Below, piece after piece: positions 1-12,298 of a stretch of DNA of 64,000 nt (positions are counted from its first letter, which is position 1; every line of letters begins with the position of its first letter). The position numbers and the translations under genes are program-made. The stretch is from Coniocarpon cinnabarinum (lineage: Eukaryota). Below the pieces are notes generated by a model. It was given only the letters and a program-made list of their open reading frames with translations. It had not been told where the DNA came from and searched no databases. The DNA lies in NCBI GenBank assembly GCA_051942205.1, contig JAVECO010000001.1:248001-312000 (forward strand), written 5' to 3'.

Positions 1-313
1 CCCGAGAACGTCCGAGCAAGGATGCCTAGTTCCCAAGTCCTCAATAATGTGTCCGGCAACCACTTCTGTTCGTAACACTTGCCTGATCCATAGTATGATA
101 GTATGAACTTAGAAATGGAGGAAGAAGACTGTTAGAGTGGATGAGAGCGGCAGCAAATATCCGGAATCAAGCATTACGCGCTCTTTGGGAGCATATCCTG
201 CACATCAATCACATGACCATATTTGGCGACCGGCTACACGCATGTTCAATCCATGGTATCCAACCGATGCATTTCGAGGCTCTCGCTGGCTGTGATTGAC
301 ATGTTTGACATCA

Positions 314-1792
314 TCAGCCGCCGGGCACTTTGAGCCAGTCGCTCCAGCTTCCCCGTCTCAGACCGTTCCCGTCCCCTGTCACCAGGATGCCCTTCCACAG
401 CCCTTGACCGCTCTCATATATCCTCTTGGATGCCATCTGACAGCAATCTGGGTCTCTATAGTCCAACACACGCGAGAGCCAAATAGGCTTTCCTTCGTCT
501 GTGCCTGGCTTGTCAACCACGAAACCGGCATGTCGCACGACGCCAATGTGGCTTGTGTTGATGCTCTGATTTTCCGCAATGCCTGGACATTGATGGCCGA
601 AGTAGGCGAGCTCCATTTTTCCGCCAGACCATTCGAAAATCGCGTCGCGAATGAGGGTTTGCGCTGGTGTCATGGCTGAAGGTTGATCGACACACAGTGT
701 CAGAGTCGAGCGAACCGCGTTCCAATCGTCTTTCCACACTTTGCCGGTTTTCCTGCCATTCTTGCCTTTCAGGTTTCTCATGTGAAACGCAATCTCATCG
801 TTGATACGCTGACCAACACTCTTTCTGGCTTGCTGACGTCTAGCCTCGGTCAGATGGCTGGCTATGCGGTCGAGCTCAGGATTCGTGGGGATGTTGGCAA
901 CATAGCAGTGCTGAGCATCCAGCTCAAAGTATATGCCAAGGGAATGGCGGATCTCGCCGATACCGATTGGTGCCCCCTTTGCGAATCCCATGTCTAGCAC
1001 AGTCGACCTAAGGTCAATAGTCAGTACAAAGTTTCTCGATATCGCGGAGGACATCACGAGAGGCACCCACCACGTTACTCCGCACTCGCGGAAAGAGCGG
1101 ACAGGCCTATCGCCCATTTTGGATCGCAGCGATTCAATGGCCACGCCAGCAAAAATTTGCGGTATGGGAGGAACTCCTGGTGGTTTGCTTGTTGCTGCAT
1201 CCTTGTCTTTCTTTGAAGCATTCGATTTGGTTAGCTTCGAAGTATTGTTTGCTGAAGTACGGCGAAGTCTTAATTTCAAGCCGCTGCCCGATTTCGGAGC
1301 TGTCTTTCGAGGCATTCTGCTTTTTGAAGATACAGCGTTGGATGATGACGCAGTGGCAGGCGTTGATCTAAGGATGGGAGGTGGAGGCAGAGGCAAATTG
1401 CGCGTCGGACCGGAGATTTGCGCTTCACCTCCGTATCTGCTTTCATTAGTTGACCCATGATATGGATGAGCATTGCAATTGTAATGTGTTGAAGCATTGG
1501 GAAATGTTCTCATTGGCCACACTGTCGATCCACGAGGTATGTCTCCTGTCATGCAAAGTTCTGAAGAGTACCGTCCGGGTGGCAGGTAGGTGACATTGTT
1601 GAATTGCTGTGGCACGTGCTGCATATGGTAGCCTACAAACGCTTGCGTTAGTTCATGCCAAGATTGGAAAAAGTGTTGCATCTGATAGTATACTTTGGTG
1701 GAAAGGAAACTGAGATGCCGTGATTTGCGGCTGCGGAGCGAACCCGTAAGGATAGTAAAAGCTGCCAGGCGCTGGGAGTTCTGTAAGCTCAT
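314..1792 (-). CDS. Hypothetical protein (492 aa ORF); low-complexity Pro/Ser/Lys middle and globular-looking C-terminal half
   Basis: Uninterrupted 1.5 kb ATG-started ORF. No family recognised. True start and upstream exons uncertain. Confidence 0.55.
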   Translation of the reverse strand: MSLQNSQRLAAFTILTGSLRSRKSRHLSFLSTKVYYQMQHFFQSWHELTQAFVGYHMQHVPQQFNNVTYLPPGRYSSELCMTGDIPRGSTVWPMRTFPNASTHYNCNAHPYHGSTNESRYGGEAQISGPTRNLPLPPPPILRSTPATASSSNAVSSKSRMPRKTAPKSGSGLKLRLRRTSANNTSKLTKSNASKKDKDAATSKPPGVPPIPQIFAGVAIESLRSKMGDRPVRSFRECGVTWWVPLVMSSAISRNFVLTIDLRSTVLDMGFAKGAPIGIGEIRHSLGIYFELDAQHCYVANIPTNPELDRIASHLTEARRQQARKSVGQRINDEIAFHMRNLKGKNGRKTGKVWKDDWNAVRSTLTLCVDQPSAMTPAQTLIRDAIFEWSGGKMELAYFGHQCPGIAENQSINTSHIGVVRHAGFVVDKPGTDEGKPIWLSRVLDYRDPDCCQMASKRIYESGQGLWKGILVTGDGNGLRRGSWSDWLKVPGG

Positions 1793-3832
1793 TTTGTGTG
1801 CCCGTTCCGTCTTTGTTTATCGAGCGTTAACATGCACATCTTCTTAGAAAGGGTTTCAAGACTCACAGTGGTTCTGAAAAGCGGCGAGTCTACTACTGAG
1901 GTTGCCTGACGCTGTAGGCCAAGTCGCGAGTGGAGGCATTCGGAGTGGATCTTGAGCATTAGGGTCTTCCAGAACGTTGTGCATGCCTGGAAACCTGGCA
2001 TTGCTGTTGCTCTTCCGTGGACTCTCATAACGTATGCCATTGTACTGTCTCTGCAATCTGCTCATCGCTTGATGTGATGACGGTGTCCACTCGAATGGTG
2101 GGAAGAGAAGGAAGTTGAAGACGAGCTGCAGCAACGGAAGCTTGAGCCTTTTCACATGTCTTTAGAAGTGAGAGGTGTAATATCACTCCACTGCATGTCC
2201 GCCGCGACCCGAAAACACCTGCACCTTGGGCGTCAACGTTGCACAGGAGCAGACGTCGTTTGGAAGCGTTGAATTGCATCGTAAAGTATTGTGCCACAAA
2301 AGACGGTCCTGAGCAGAGCTCAAAACCCCAGAGAAACTGAGTAACGAGGATTCCAAAGCACATCCGAAGGCCGTGATAGTAGCCAGGGGTATTGCCCTAA
2401 ACATACTGCGTACCGACTTGATGATCATCACCATTGCGCGCCCCGCGGGCAGAGAGTCAACACTCGCACAGGGTCCACATCAAAGTCTACCAGAGCTGCT
2501 GATCCAGCATCCATCGTCGTAGCGAAAAGTCGAAGTTCTTCGTTCCTCTAACGCTGTTTCATGACAGTGGTGGCTGGTCGCCAGTGCTTCCTGAGTATGT
2601 CGTATAGCTTCCAAACATGCGAACGTCTTGCTATTGATCTACATCGTCCCAGCTTGAAATGATAACCCCAATAACGATAATGATCAAATTTGTGAACTTG
2701 AACTTGAACGTTTGCATGCCACTGCAGAACATTCACCCGCATCACTGGTAAATTTCCATTTTTTGAAGACGGGTCTCACAACTTCAGCATCATCTAGATC
2801 GCGCAATGATTGGTTAGAGGTATGAAGAAGCGCGAGAATGAGCCAGAACTCTTTCTGCAGGCTCTGAATGCTAGTACTCTGTCGCGCTTTTCTGCTTGCA
2901 TGAGATTCTGAGAGCAAGGACAGTCATTTGCCTCCCAGATCTGCAGGATAGATACAATGCTGTCGTGATTTCACTCACATAGGATCTGGATCTGCCGACT
3001 GTTCATCTTTTGCAAGGCTGGTGACGTTGGATTATTGTGAGCACGTGAGTGCATGAGGGAAATAGACTGCTATGGTTATGCAATGGGATCCGAATAGGTC
3101 ATGGTTGCGATTAGCGCCAAGGGATTTAGACAAGCAACGGTTCCGAATTTCATGAAGATCGGGACAAATGCTTGATCCTCTTAAACGAACGAGCTTACAA
3201 GGATGACACCAACGTCCAACACTGGGCGTATGGCGAGCGTAATGAAGCAAGGGCACAGAAGCTTGCCGCAGTGACATCTAAGACGTTCATCGATCGAAGC
3301 ATGTTTGTTGGTGACAACAAGCTCCTTGTCGACAGGAAAGAATACTGGGGCATGGTTGCTGTGTGGCTGTAGGGTGCAACTAAGCAGCGTGTGCAGAGAT
3401 AATGCTCGAGTTGGCCTGGTGTGGCTAGAAGGTAGACAATCGTCAGCTTAGTATTCCTGTTCGAATGATTTGTTTACTAGAGCGAAGCTTGTAGGATCAT
3501 TAAAAAATTAGAGTGTGTTGTTGCTTTGAGATTCCTCAGTCAACCAGCGCTTTGCTTGGCTCAGTGTTAAAAATTGCTAATCATTTCAGCAAAGGTGAAA
3601 ACTGGAGACACACATACCTTATTTCAACGTCTCCGTGCATTGATCAAGTCGACACAATTGCATTATCTAGATTCATATAAGAAGCAGACATTTGAGGTGC
3701 ACAACTGCTCTTTGCCACCCGGGCTTCTGATGTATATACTTCCAGTGTTTGTTTGTTGAATAACCTCGAACGAGGAGGTACAACTTGAGTTCAATTGTCG
3801 CACTAGATGCTCTACATACTCGCGCGTTTGTC

Positions 3833-4889
3833 TCAATCGAACAAACCCAAGCCCATGTCCTCGTCCTAAGAAATCAATTAGTGGCACATTAGCAATATTG
3901 GAAATGCATATACACACCTCTGATTCTTCCTCTTCTTGCTTGGCTTCTTCCTTCTTCTCCTCCTTAGCTTCCGTCGACGCAGCAGCCGCAGGTGCAGCAG
4001 CTGCGTACGCATCAGGATTGGCAATGCGATCCTTCAGCTCTTCGATCTCTGGCCAGCTGAAGTCTGTCTCAATGGCGACTCCGAGGATGTTCTTGTAACT
4101 GTTGACTACAGAATGCATGACAGACGCCATCGTGGGGTACGAAATAGCCAAAGAAATCGAGGCGATGGTGTTGATTGAGCTTGAAAAGGCTTTGAGTAAC
4201 TGGCTTTCTTCAATGTCCAAGACACTCGAATCAAATGTTTGCCCCTGATCGTAGATCTGCGCGATACTCATTCCGTATGTGAATGGGGAGATGTTCAACA
4301 TGTTCAGCAGTGTGGCCTCTGAAGCTCCCACCTTATTGCCACCTTCGACGAGCTTCAAATCGGTTGTGATTTCAATCGTACCACGTGCAATCTTTGTCGG
4401 AACACCCAGTGCTTGGAAGAAAGATGTCTTGCCGGGTTCCATGCCAGTGTTGCCAGCCGGGACATAAACATCGTTAGGGGCAACAGCACCTGCGCGTGCC
4501 GGCGCAGCAACTCGATTGGAAAGGATCTTGGTGCGAATGTCCTTGAGATCACCGTTGGTGAAGACGAAGCCGACGTTGCCTCTCACATGAGGCAAGAGAC
4601 GTTCATAGTCCGGCAGGTCAGAGAGGAAGCCTTTGATGGCGCGGCGAACCTGGCATTGCAGATTAGACTCAAAGACCCATAAATCCGAAGCTGACTAGCG
4701 CAGATAGGGGCCTACCATTGTGTTCTTGCCCATCAAAACAACGCCATCCCCACGCAGGCTGTGTCGGATCTCGTGCATCTGCTGCGACGAGACATTGTCG
4801 ACAGTGACCACGAATATTGTCTTGTAGGACTCAAGAAGGTTGCGGAGCTTCTCGAAGTAGTTCGCCTTGTTCTCAGCTTTGCCCCCCAT
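3833..4889 (-). CDS. RPP0: 60S acidic ribosomal protein P0 (uL10), 3 exons (4889-4716, 4649-3918, 3865-3833)
   Basis: MGGKAENKANYF...VLMGKNTM|VRRAIKG, GNVGFVFT, NTGMEPGKTSFFQALG, Ala-rich hinge, spliced C-terminus EEEESEDEDMGLGLFD*. GT-AG introns 4715-4650 and 3917-3866. Confidence 0.97.
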
Positions 4890-5220
4890 CTCTTCGATCG
4901 AGAGTATAGGATTTTTAAGGACTTGATAGATTTTTCGCAATTGAATTCAAGTGGAAGATGGAGCGTGAGAGAACAACCGCCCCATCGAACTTGATAGGTA
5001 GGTATGTGTAAGTGTGAGAAGCATGCTGACTAAGCACTTCTTGGCGCCTCCTCTTGCGCCGACAAGTAGAAGTCAGATTCATTCACAAAGATACACAGGA
5101 GTTTCTGCGACATTGATGTACAAGAATGCGACATCAGCTCGTATGCTAAAATTCTGCTCCAGGGCGATCACGATTGCTGCCTAGTACCGACACGTTAAGT
5201 TTTCCATCTGAGCAGCCACG
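4890..5220. promoter_or_regulatory. Short divergent (likely bidirectional) promoter region between RPP0 and TRM82
   Basis: Head-to-head ATGs ~330 bp apart. Confidence 0.5.
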
Positions 5221-6798
5221 ATGGGCTCAGAGGAAGTGTTGCATCCTTTTCAGTGTGCTGCAGTCTTGCCTTCCAGAGAAGATGCAGGCCTCGCGTTGCT
5301 CTTAGCTTCTCGTGATACAGTCTACAAGATTGACGTTGAAAAGCTCCACATCACCAGTCACTGGCGGCCTGGAGCTGAATCAAAACAGGTATGATCATAT
5401 GTAGTCGTCATGCCTAGCCATCCCTCGACAGGCGAGCAATGCATGTGAGTCACCGTTGCATCGATTGTCAACGCTAAATTGGAGCGACTACAATGCGAAT
5501 CTTGCCCTGCGTCTGACGAATGTGCGTTCTAGGCAGCCATTGTTCTCCTTGTCACTGCGGAGCAAAACAACCTCGCCGCTGTGGCCACAGGCGAGGACAA
5601 AACTGTACACATTCTTGAAGCTGACAATGGCGTAAATCTAATACGGAGTATCACGCTGCCTAAGCGACCCTGTGCTCTGTCTTTCACATCTGACAGTGGG
5701 ACTCTGTTATGCGGCGACAAGTTTGGTGATGTTTACGCCATACCATCTCGAGAAGGCAATATCCCAGAGCCAATGCGCAAGAGGCTTCGCGTGGGAAAGC
5801 GTGAGGCCCCAGGCGCCACGAATCTGACCGTGCATACTAAAGGCAATCTTTACGCTCTCGAGCAACAGAGAAAGTTGGCTTCAAAAGCTGCCTCCAAGCA
5901 GACACCAAGTGACGAATCTTTGAAAGATGACGACTTCCCTTATGAACCTGTTGTGGGTCATGTCTCCATGCTCACAGATATAGTAGCCGCGAGAGGTAGA
6001 GGGTCAGACATAGCGCAAGCTACAAATGGCTCCTCGGGCCGCAAGGATTTCATTATCACAGCTGACAGGGATGAGCACATACGCATATCTCGAGGTCTAC
6101 CTCAATCACATGTCATACACAGGTTTTGCCTTGGACACCGGAATTTTGTTAGCAAGCTCTGCCTTCTCAAGTGCGGGCTGCTCGTCTCCGGCGGTGGAGA
6201 CAGCTACTTGTGTGTTTGGGACTGGGAGACAGGAAATCTGTTAACAAAACTTGAGATCCAGGATTCTTTCACGCCTCCAACGTCTTCTGTCGCCGCACCA
6301 AAAGTCGCTGTCTCTGGCCTATGGGATTGCTCAAACTCAAATAACTCAATAGACTTCGTTTGCGCCTGTGAAGGTTCGCCTCGGCTTCTTCATGTGCAAG
6401 CACGAGGCTTCAGCTCTCAGAATGCAACCGCTCCATTCAGGAAGTCTATGCTGGAGCTAGATGGTAACCCGCTAGATGTAGCTTTTCTCCCTGCAATAAT
6501 GGATGGAACAGCAAGGCTAGTCGTCTGTTTGGATGGTATACATTTACCTGGATCCATCAAAACTGCAAGAGACACCGAAAGAATGGGGAAGCGTCTGCAA
6601 GTTTTTGAATCAAAAGACGACCGAAGCAGTAGGACTTTTACCCGAGTTTCTACGCAGCTTGCAGCTGAAATAGAAGCCTGCTGTGATCCTCCGATGATTC
6701 TGGACAATGCACAGATCCTGACTGGCCAACTCGCGGGTCTTCTTTATGGTACAGAAAACCTCCGCAAGCGCGAAGTCGAAGGTACTGCTCGAGAGTAG
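5221..6798 (+). CDS. TRM82: tRNA (guanine-N7)-methyltransferase non-catalytic WD40 subunit
   Basis: Exon 1 MGSEEVLHPFQC (5221-5388), intron 5389-5532, then TGEDK, LPKRPCAL, GDKFGDVY, GHVSMLTD, ITADRDEHIRISRG, FCLGH, SGGGD motifs typical of Trm82/WDR4. Confidence 0.9.
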
Positions 6799-7462
6799 AA
6801 AAACCTGAAATGATGCAGATTGAGTCTGTAACGGCGTCTAGTCGAAATGCCTGTTGATAGGCTATATTCTATATCAAACGGGCCAGGCGCAGTTACAATC
6901 CATGCACTCTGCACGAACTGTCCAGCGCCAAGATTCACAACCCTTTGACCAACGACCGAGGTCGCAAGGGCCCTGGACAAAAGTCATTGCCGGATCTCAC
7001 CCTAGGCGACGGGCCTGTACGATAAGCACGGTTCAGATCACAAGCCTACAAGTACAACGGCGAAAGGTCATTGTCAGCGAAAAGACACTAAATTATAGTG
7101 TGGCAATGACTACCCTACGAGGCCCTTGTCGGGTCGTATGCCGATGGTGTAAAAAATGAATTGTTCTGAAAGCATTCCACATGCGCTCTTGTCAAACGTT
7201 CAAAGGTCACATCACTCAATCCAAAAACTAACCCAACAGTCAGAAGTCTTGACAGAGTCTTGAAAACTTAAGGAAATGGTGTAATATTTGCGCTGCAGTA
7301 TTTACGCTGCGAATTTTTAACTTAGCTTGAATCCTGACAATCCATTGGCGTGCCGTCGGTGCGCTGATTGGGAGGGTGAGGACGCTAGGTATACTTGCTA
7401 TCTGTGAGCGAGCGGGCACATAGACGTGGTTGAATTTTTTAATTTCTACGCTCAAGCACGTG

Positions 7463-8539
7463 CTATAACAAAGGGTTCTGTCGATACTCTGGTGCCTGAC
7501 CGTTGGCTTCTGGCTTTGGCTTTCGTGTGTCTTGGTGCTCTTCGGGATTCCCATCGACCTCCACATCCCTCTCTGCGAGCCACTTCTCGGCCTCCAGTGC
7601 TGCCACACAGCCAATTCCAGCACTCGTCACTGCTTGTCTGTATTTCTTGTCCTGCACGTCTCCTGCCGCGAATACACCCTCGATGTTTGTGTGCGCGTTA
7701 CCTGGTTCTGTGATTAAGTATCCATCCTCATCCATGTCCAGCTGGCCCTTGAAGAGGCCTGTCGCTGGCTCGTGTCCTACTGCGTAGAACAGCCCATTCG
7801 CCTCCAACTCTTCTTCCTTGCCCGTTCTCGCATTTTTCACCACTAGACTCTTCATCACTCCGCCGCTCTTCTCTCCTCCTTTGATCTCCACACCTACCGT
7901 CTCGAATCGCACCTCAATCTTGGGATTGTTCAGTAACCTTTTCTGATTGGTCTTACTCGCCCTCAACTGGTCTCTCCGCACCAGGACCGTCACCTTCGAG
8001 GCCTTCTTCGTCAAGTACACGCTCTCCTCCACCGCGCTATCACCTCCTCCAATCACAACCAGCGGCCGCTCCCGAAACATAGGCAAGCTCCCATCACACA
8101 CAGCACACGCGCTTACGCCGGCACCCCAATATTTCTCCTCACCCTTCAGCCCCAGCCGTCTTGCCTTCGCCCCCGTTGCCACAATCAGCGAGTCCGTCGT
8201 GTGCGTCTCCTCCTCGATCGTATCGTCGTCGCCCAAAGGATGTAACCAATACTTAAATGGCCGGCTCTTAAGGTCAACGCGTGCCACCGTCTGACTCACT
8301 ATTTCAGTACCGCAGGCTTCGGACTGCGCGCGCATCCCATCCATAAGCTCTTGACCCTTGATCGACTTGAACCCGGGGTAGTTCTCCACCTCGTCTGTAG
8401 TCGTCAATTGGCCGCCGGCTGCGATGCCGAGAGCGAGAAAGCCTTCATAGAGGACGGGATGTAGATCTGCGCGGGCGGCATAGATGGCTGCGGTGTGCGC
8501 CGCGGGGCCAGAACCAATGATTGTGAGTTTGTTGTGCAT
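7463..8539 (-). CDS. TRR1: Thioredoxin reductase (low-MW type), intronless; first ATG at 8539, open in-frame extension upstream
   Basis: IIGSGPAAHTAAIY, GGQLTTT.EVENYPGF, redox CAVC, GGGDSAVEE, GVFAAGDVQDKKYRQAVTSAG, C-terminal NPLL. Confidence 0.96.
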   Translation of the reverse strand: MHNKLTIIGSGPAAHTAAIYAARADLHPVLYEGFLALGIAAGGQLTTTDEVENYPGFKSIKGQELMDGMRAQSEACGTEIVSQTVARVDLKSRPFKYWLHPLGDDDTIEEETHTTDSLIVATGAKARRLGLKGEEKYWGAGVSACAVCDGSLPMFRERPLVVIGGGDSAVEESVYLTKKASKVTVLVRRDQLRASKTNQKRLLNNPKIEVRFETVGVEIKGGEKSGGVMKSLVVKNARTGKEEELEANGLFYAVGHEPATGLFKGQLDMDEDGYLITEPGNAHTNIEGVFAAGDVQDKKYRQAVTSAGIGCVAALEAEKWLAERDVEVDGNPEEHQDTRKPKPEANGQAPEYRQNPLL

Positions 8540-9295
8540 TTTGGCGGGGGCGGTGGTGGAGAATGAACGGGTCAATGAAGGATTAGAGCTATTGCTGGCT
8601 TTCGCGAATGGCGCAGCGCCGTCGCGCTGAGTGACGAAAGCTGTACTTCCCGCGGCGAAGGCGAATGGGAGGGTGTAGCTTGGCTTTATGAAGGAGGAAA
8701 AAAGTGGGCGAGATTTGGAGAAGGCGGAGTGGAACGTTTTGGCGGCGGAGAGCACAATGATGGGCCTATTGAGGTGATCAGAGCTCAAAGAGTAGGCTAT
8801 GCGTTTGACGATGGGATGCTATATAGCAATGGGCAATGGTGGATCTCCAATGACAAGCGGAAGATTCGAGGTTCTTTGATCGCGAGTCAACGCGCCTGGC
8901 TTACGTGACTTGGAAGTTGTCGGAAGTGACTCCGACGTCCCATCGCAGTTAAGTGTTTTGGAATCACCCCTTCATTCAAGTCAATGCGGTCGCGCGGGTT
9001 CACATTGCAACATATGCAGATAATGTTCTGGAGTCTTCTGGTACGGTGTGACGCCTTTTTAGCAGCTTCTAACAGCAAAATCAAGGATCGCCGACCGATC
9101 TCATTGCCTGATAGCAGGCTAGGCATCAAGCTTGTACGATGAGGAAGATTCCGGTCAAAAAGCTAGCGATACAATAGCGAAAGCCCGCCGTGCCTCATAA
9201 GTTGCTGAATAAACATACGGCAAGTCCTCTTCTACTAGGCCCCTGCAGCAAAGCTCAGGTCACGTGGATATGGATGACTGTTTGTCACAACGTGA

Positions 9296-10543
9296 TCAAG
9301 CTTCCTGCGGGCACTGGAAAGCTTCGCTGGTTTCGACCAGTGTCTTCAATTCTCCTTGGCCGGTCAACTTCATATCTAGATTTGGAACGTCGTCCTGCAC
9401 AGCCACGACAAATGGCGGCTGATGACGCGACTTCTGACTGGGCGCTAACCTTGGGCACACGTGGGTACTCCAAAAAGCACAGGTTCTGCTAATGGGAGCG
9501 CGAAGTCTTGGGAGACATGCAGCAATCAAGTACATGCCTGGCTTCGTGTAAGCTACGATGTAGTCTTCGGTCGATTGCTCTGAAGCTTGAGCGTCAGCAA
9601 ACATGGTTTGAGCAGAGAGCGCTGCGCTGCGTAAGCTTGACTGACTAGGCGTCGACAGGCTCTGAGCACTGACAACGTATGTTTGACGGACGTAGAATAC
9701 GAAGCGCAGACAAGCTCCTGCAATCCCACTGCTACCATTTTAGTGTAGGTCAAGTGAGAGACGGCGTCGGACGTACATTGATCCAGTCAGAAAGGTGATT
9801 ATTAAACCGACTTTCCTAGCTCGGCTCATATTCATTCGCGTAAGAAGCGGTAGAGGAAGGAGCATGATAATTAGGTCAGTGACTATGTGTGATATGCTGA
9901 CCCATGACTTCTCATGGGGTTCCAGTATGCTGAGACTGGGCGACAAGCGAAGACGGACACAAGAGACCAGGCAACCGCATCCGCAACAAGCAATGCAATC
10001 GTCCCAAAACTTATTCTGCGCACAAGCCTGTGTACTTTGAAGATGCTCAGATACATGCAGCATACCGAAAGCTTTGGCAGTGCACACGCAGTTGGGTACG
10101 TGACACTGAATGCGTAGCTTGTCTTCAGGGCTACCACATAATGCTTGGTTACTTGCTGCTCGTCGGCTGTTGAAATCCACGCCAGGTATGCTTGGCTCTG
10201 CACTAGTCGGCGTCAGTGGCACTGTTTCACAGAATCACGCCCCTGGCCATCTTCTCAAGTGTGGTGAATCCTTGCAATCTTGTGGCAGTGGGCTTGGAAG
10301 GCCGCATTGCCGGCGACTCAGGACCAGAATCGTACCGATTGTACACACACCCAAACCAACAAAGGTTGCCAACGACGACAAAATGAGGGCATCTTCCCAT
10401 CCCCAAATAGGAGGTTTGTTTGTTGCGCGCACTCCAGTAATCCTCAGAGAAACGAAAACGATGCTGAGGATTATAAGGGCTATTCCGCAATTGAGTTGGT
10501 TCTGCATCCAGTAACGAAACTCAGGATGGGAGCGTCCTTCCAT
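9296..10543 (-). pseudogene. Pth11-like (rhodopsin-domain, CFEM-less) integral membrane protein, frameshifted near 9910
   Basis: Exons encode WGWEDALI, LPKLSVCCMYLSIF, ACRPVSAYW, then in another frame HIVTDLIIMLLPLP..RKVGLIITFLTG and GMYLIAACLP. The frame switch occurs within 17 nt, too short for an intron. Confidence 0.7.
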
Positions 10544-12298
10544 ATTGTCGAGACCCAATGTGGATCTCAAGCGAAAAGGCAATAGATACGGAATCGGGTC
10601 TTCGTTTTCGTTATAGAAATTGCTGCAACGATTGTGGATGTCGATGCTGGATCTCAGTCTGGGTGACGAGCCCATATAATGAGAACAATTCGGATCTTGA
10701 AGCACTAAGTACAATGGCGAAGCTCCTTTGCAACTTATAAGACGCTTAATTATAGTGCGGCGAGTACTCCCCCACCATGCCTCTGCTGCGGCAAATGCAG
10801 TCTGGAAACGACCAAGATCTGGTATGGAGACAGTCCACGACGCCCCAACTAATGCGAACTTGCCATAGGCTTTGTTGCCGCAGCTTAAAAATCCTTGTGG
10901 TCGACTTCCAGGCGCAGAGGACGTCAGACTGCAGGTAGGTCAAGTTTCGGCGCAGATCGATATTCCTTGCTACTGGCTCCAAGATCTGCCCTTTGCGGAG
11001 AATATTTCTGAAGGATCAGACAAGCCTGCCCCTGGTTTTCGTCTTCCCCTGCCCAACATTCACGAGTCCTTTTTGCTGTCTTGCTTACGAGATGCCAGTG
11101 AAAAACGCTAGCAACAATAGCCAATAACTTTTCTTCGCTCTAAGCACACGTCTCTGCGCGTCACAGAAACCCAAGCATGCTCATTCTGTGCCTGTCCGCA
11201 GAACGTCCGCTTGCACGGCTTCATGTAACCATGTTGCAGTTTCACAGTCAGATACCCTACAGATGCACTGTTGCGCGGCTGCTGGACCAGAAAAGGTCGA
11301 TTACCCCAATCAATTTGTGTGACGGACCACGCCACTTATGCTTCGGACGCGAAATACATTGAAAGTCCACGTGCAGGAAATCCTGACTCGGTTTTTGCCG
11401 CTGCTCCAAAGCTTCCTGGGAGCGTAGACAGACACTTGCACAGTACGACCAGGGTCACGGACAAAGTCGTTACCCCATGTCGGTGTGGGCGGCGAGCCCG
11501 TACGATGAGGGTGATACGGGTTGGTTGCAAAGCTATAGGTACAGCGGCAAAAGCGCCTTTGCGCTTCATGTGATGCTGAAATCTGCTCCGGCAAGTACTC
11601 TAGCCCAAGGCCCTTGCGGCTGCTCCGTAATCACGCTCAACAGGCATTTGAAGTATTGACTGGCTTTCACTAACATGCTGCAACTCCATTGCTCGAGGAT
11701 GGCCAGAGAAAGATCTTCATATCTTATCTCAAGGCACCTTCGAGGCACTGTGTGTGGCTTTGAAGATGCGTGAGCGGTGGGTCTACTTATCAGCTATATA
11801 GCCAACGATTCTTGTAAAATCAGTGATCCCTTGACTTTCATACGCACTACTGCTTTTATCTTTAACTTGAGAGACTAGAAATGGGTACAATATATTTCTC
11901 TGGCTCTCAGCACATGCATATGTTACTTGTGCCTGGTCTAGCAGAGCAAGGCTGGGACCTCATACAGACACTACAACAAGCGAGGTTCGTAGGAAACGTG
12001 CTCAAGCATTTTCTAAAATGTAGCATAACTTCTAGCGCTTCGATGAATACTCCTCGATCAGCTATCATTTCCCCAGGGTCCGGCTCTGTCCTTCTCTAGA
12101 GCACTTTGGATGTGATTGGCCAGTGCTCCCGCACGAGCTTGCAAGCTGTGTCACCATGAGATGGCTAGCCATCATTCAGGCTTGAGGCGCAGCTTTTGCC
12201 TGACAGGGACTCTCGAAATTGGTAATAACACACCTGGCTGACTTCTTCAGAAATGCCAGCAGTGTAGTCAGACAGCTCATCTTTCCGATTGTGGCTTC

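Noticed and set aside
2540..3372. Possible small spliced + strand gene upstream of the RPP0 3' end
   Set aside because: Splice-like signals exist, but I could not assemble a coherent reading frame.
3833..3865. P0 C-terminus MGLGLFD rather than MGFGLFD
   Set aside because: Conservative change in a tail that varies among fungal P0 proteins; no basis for a functional claim.
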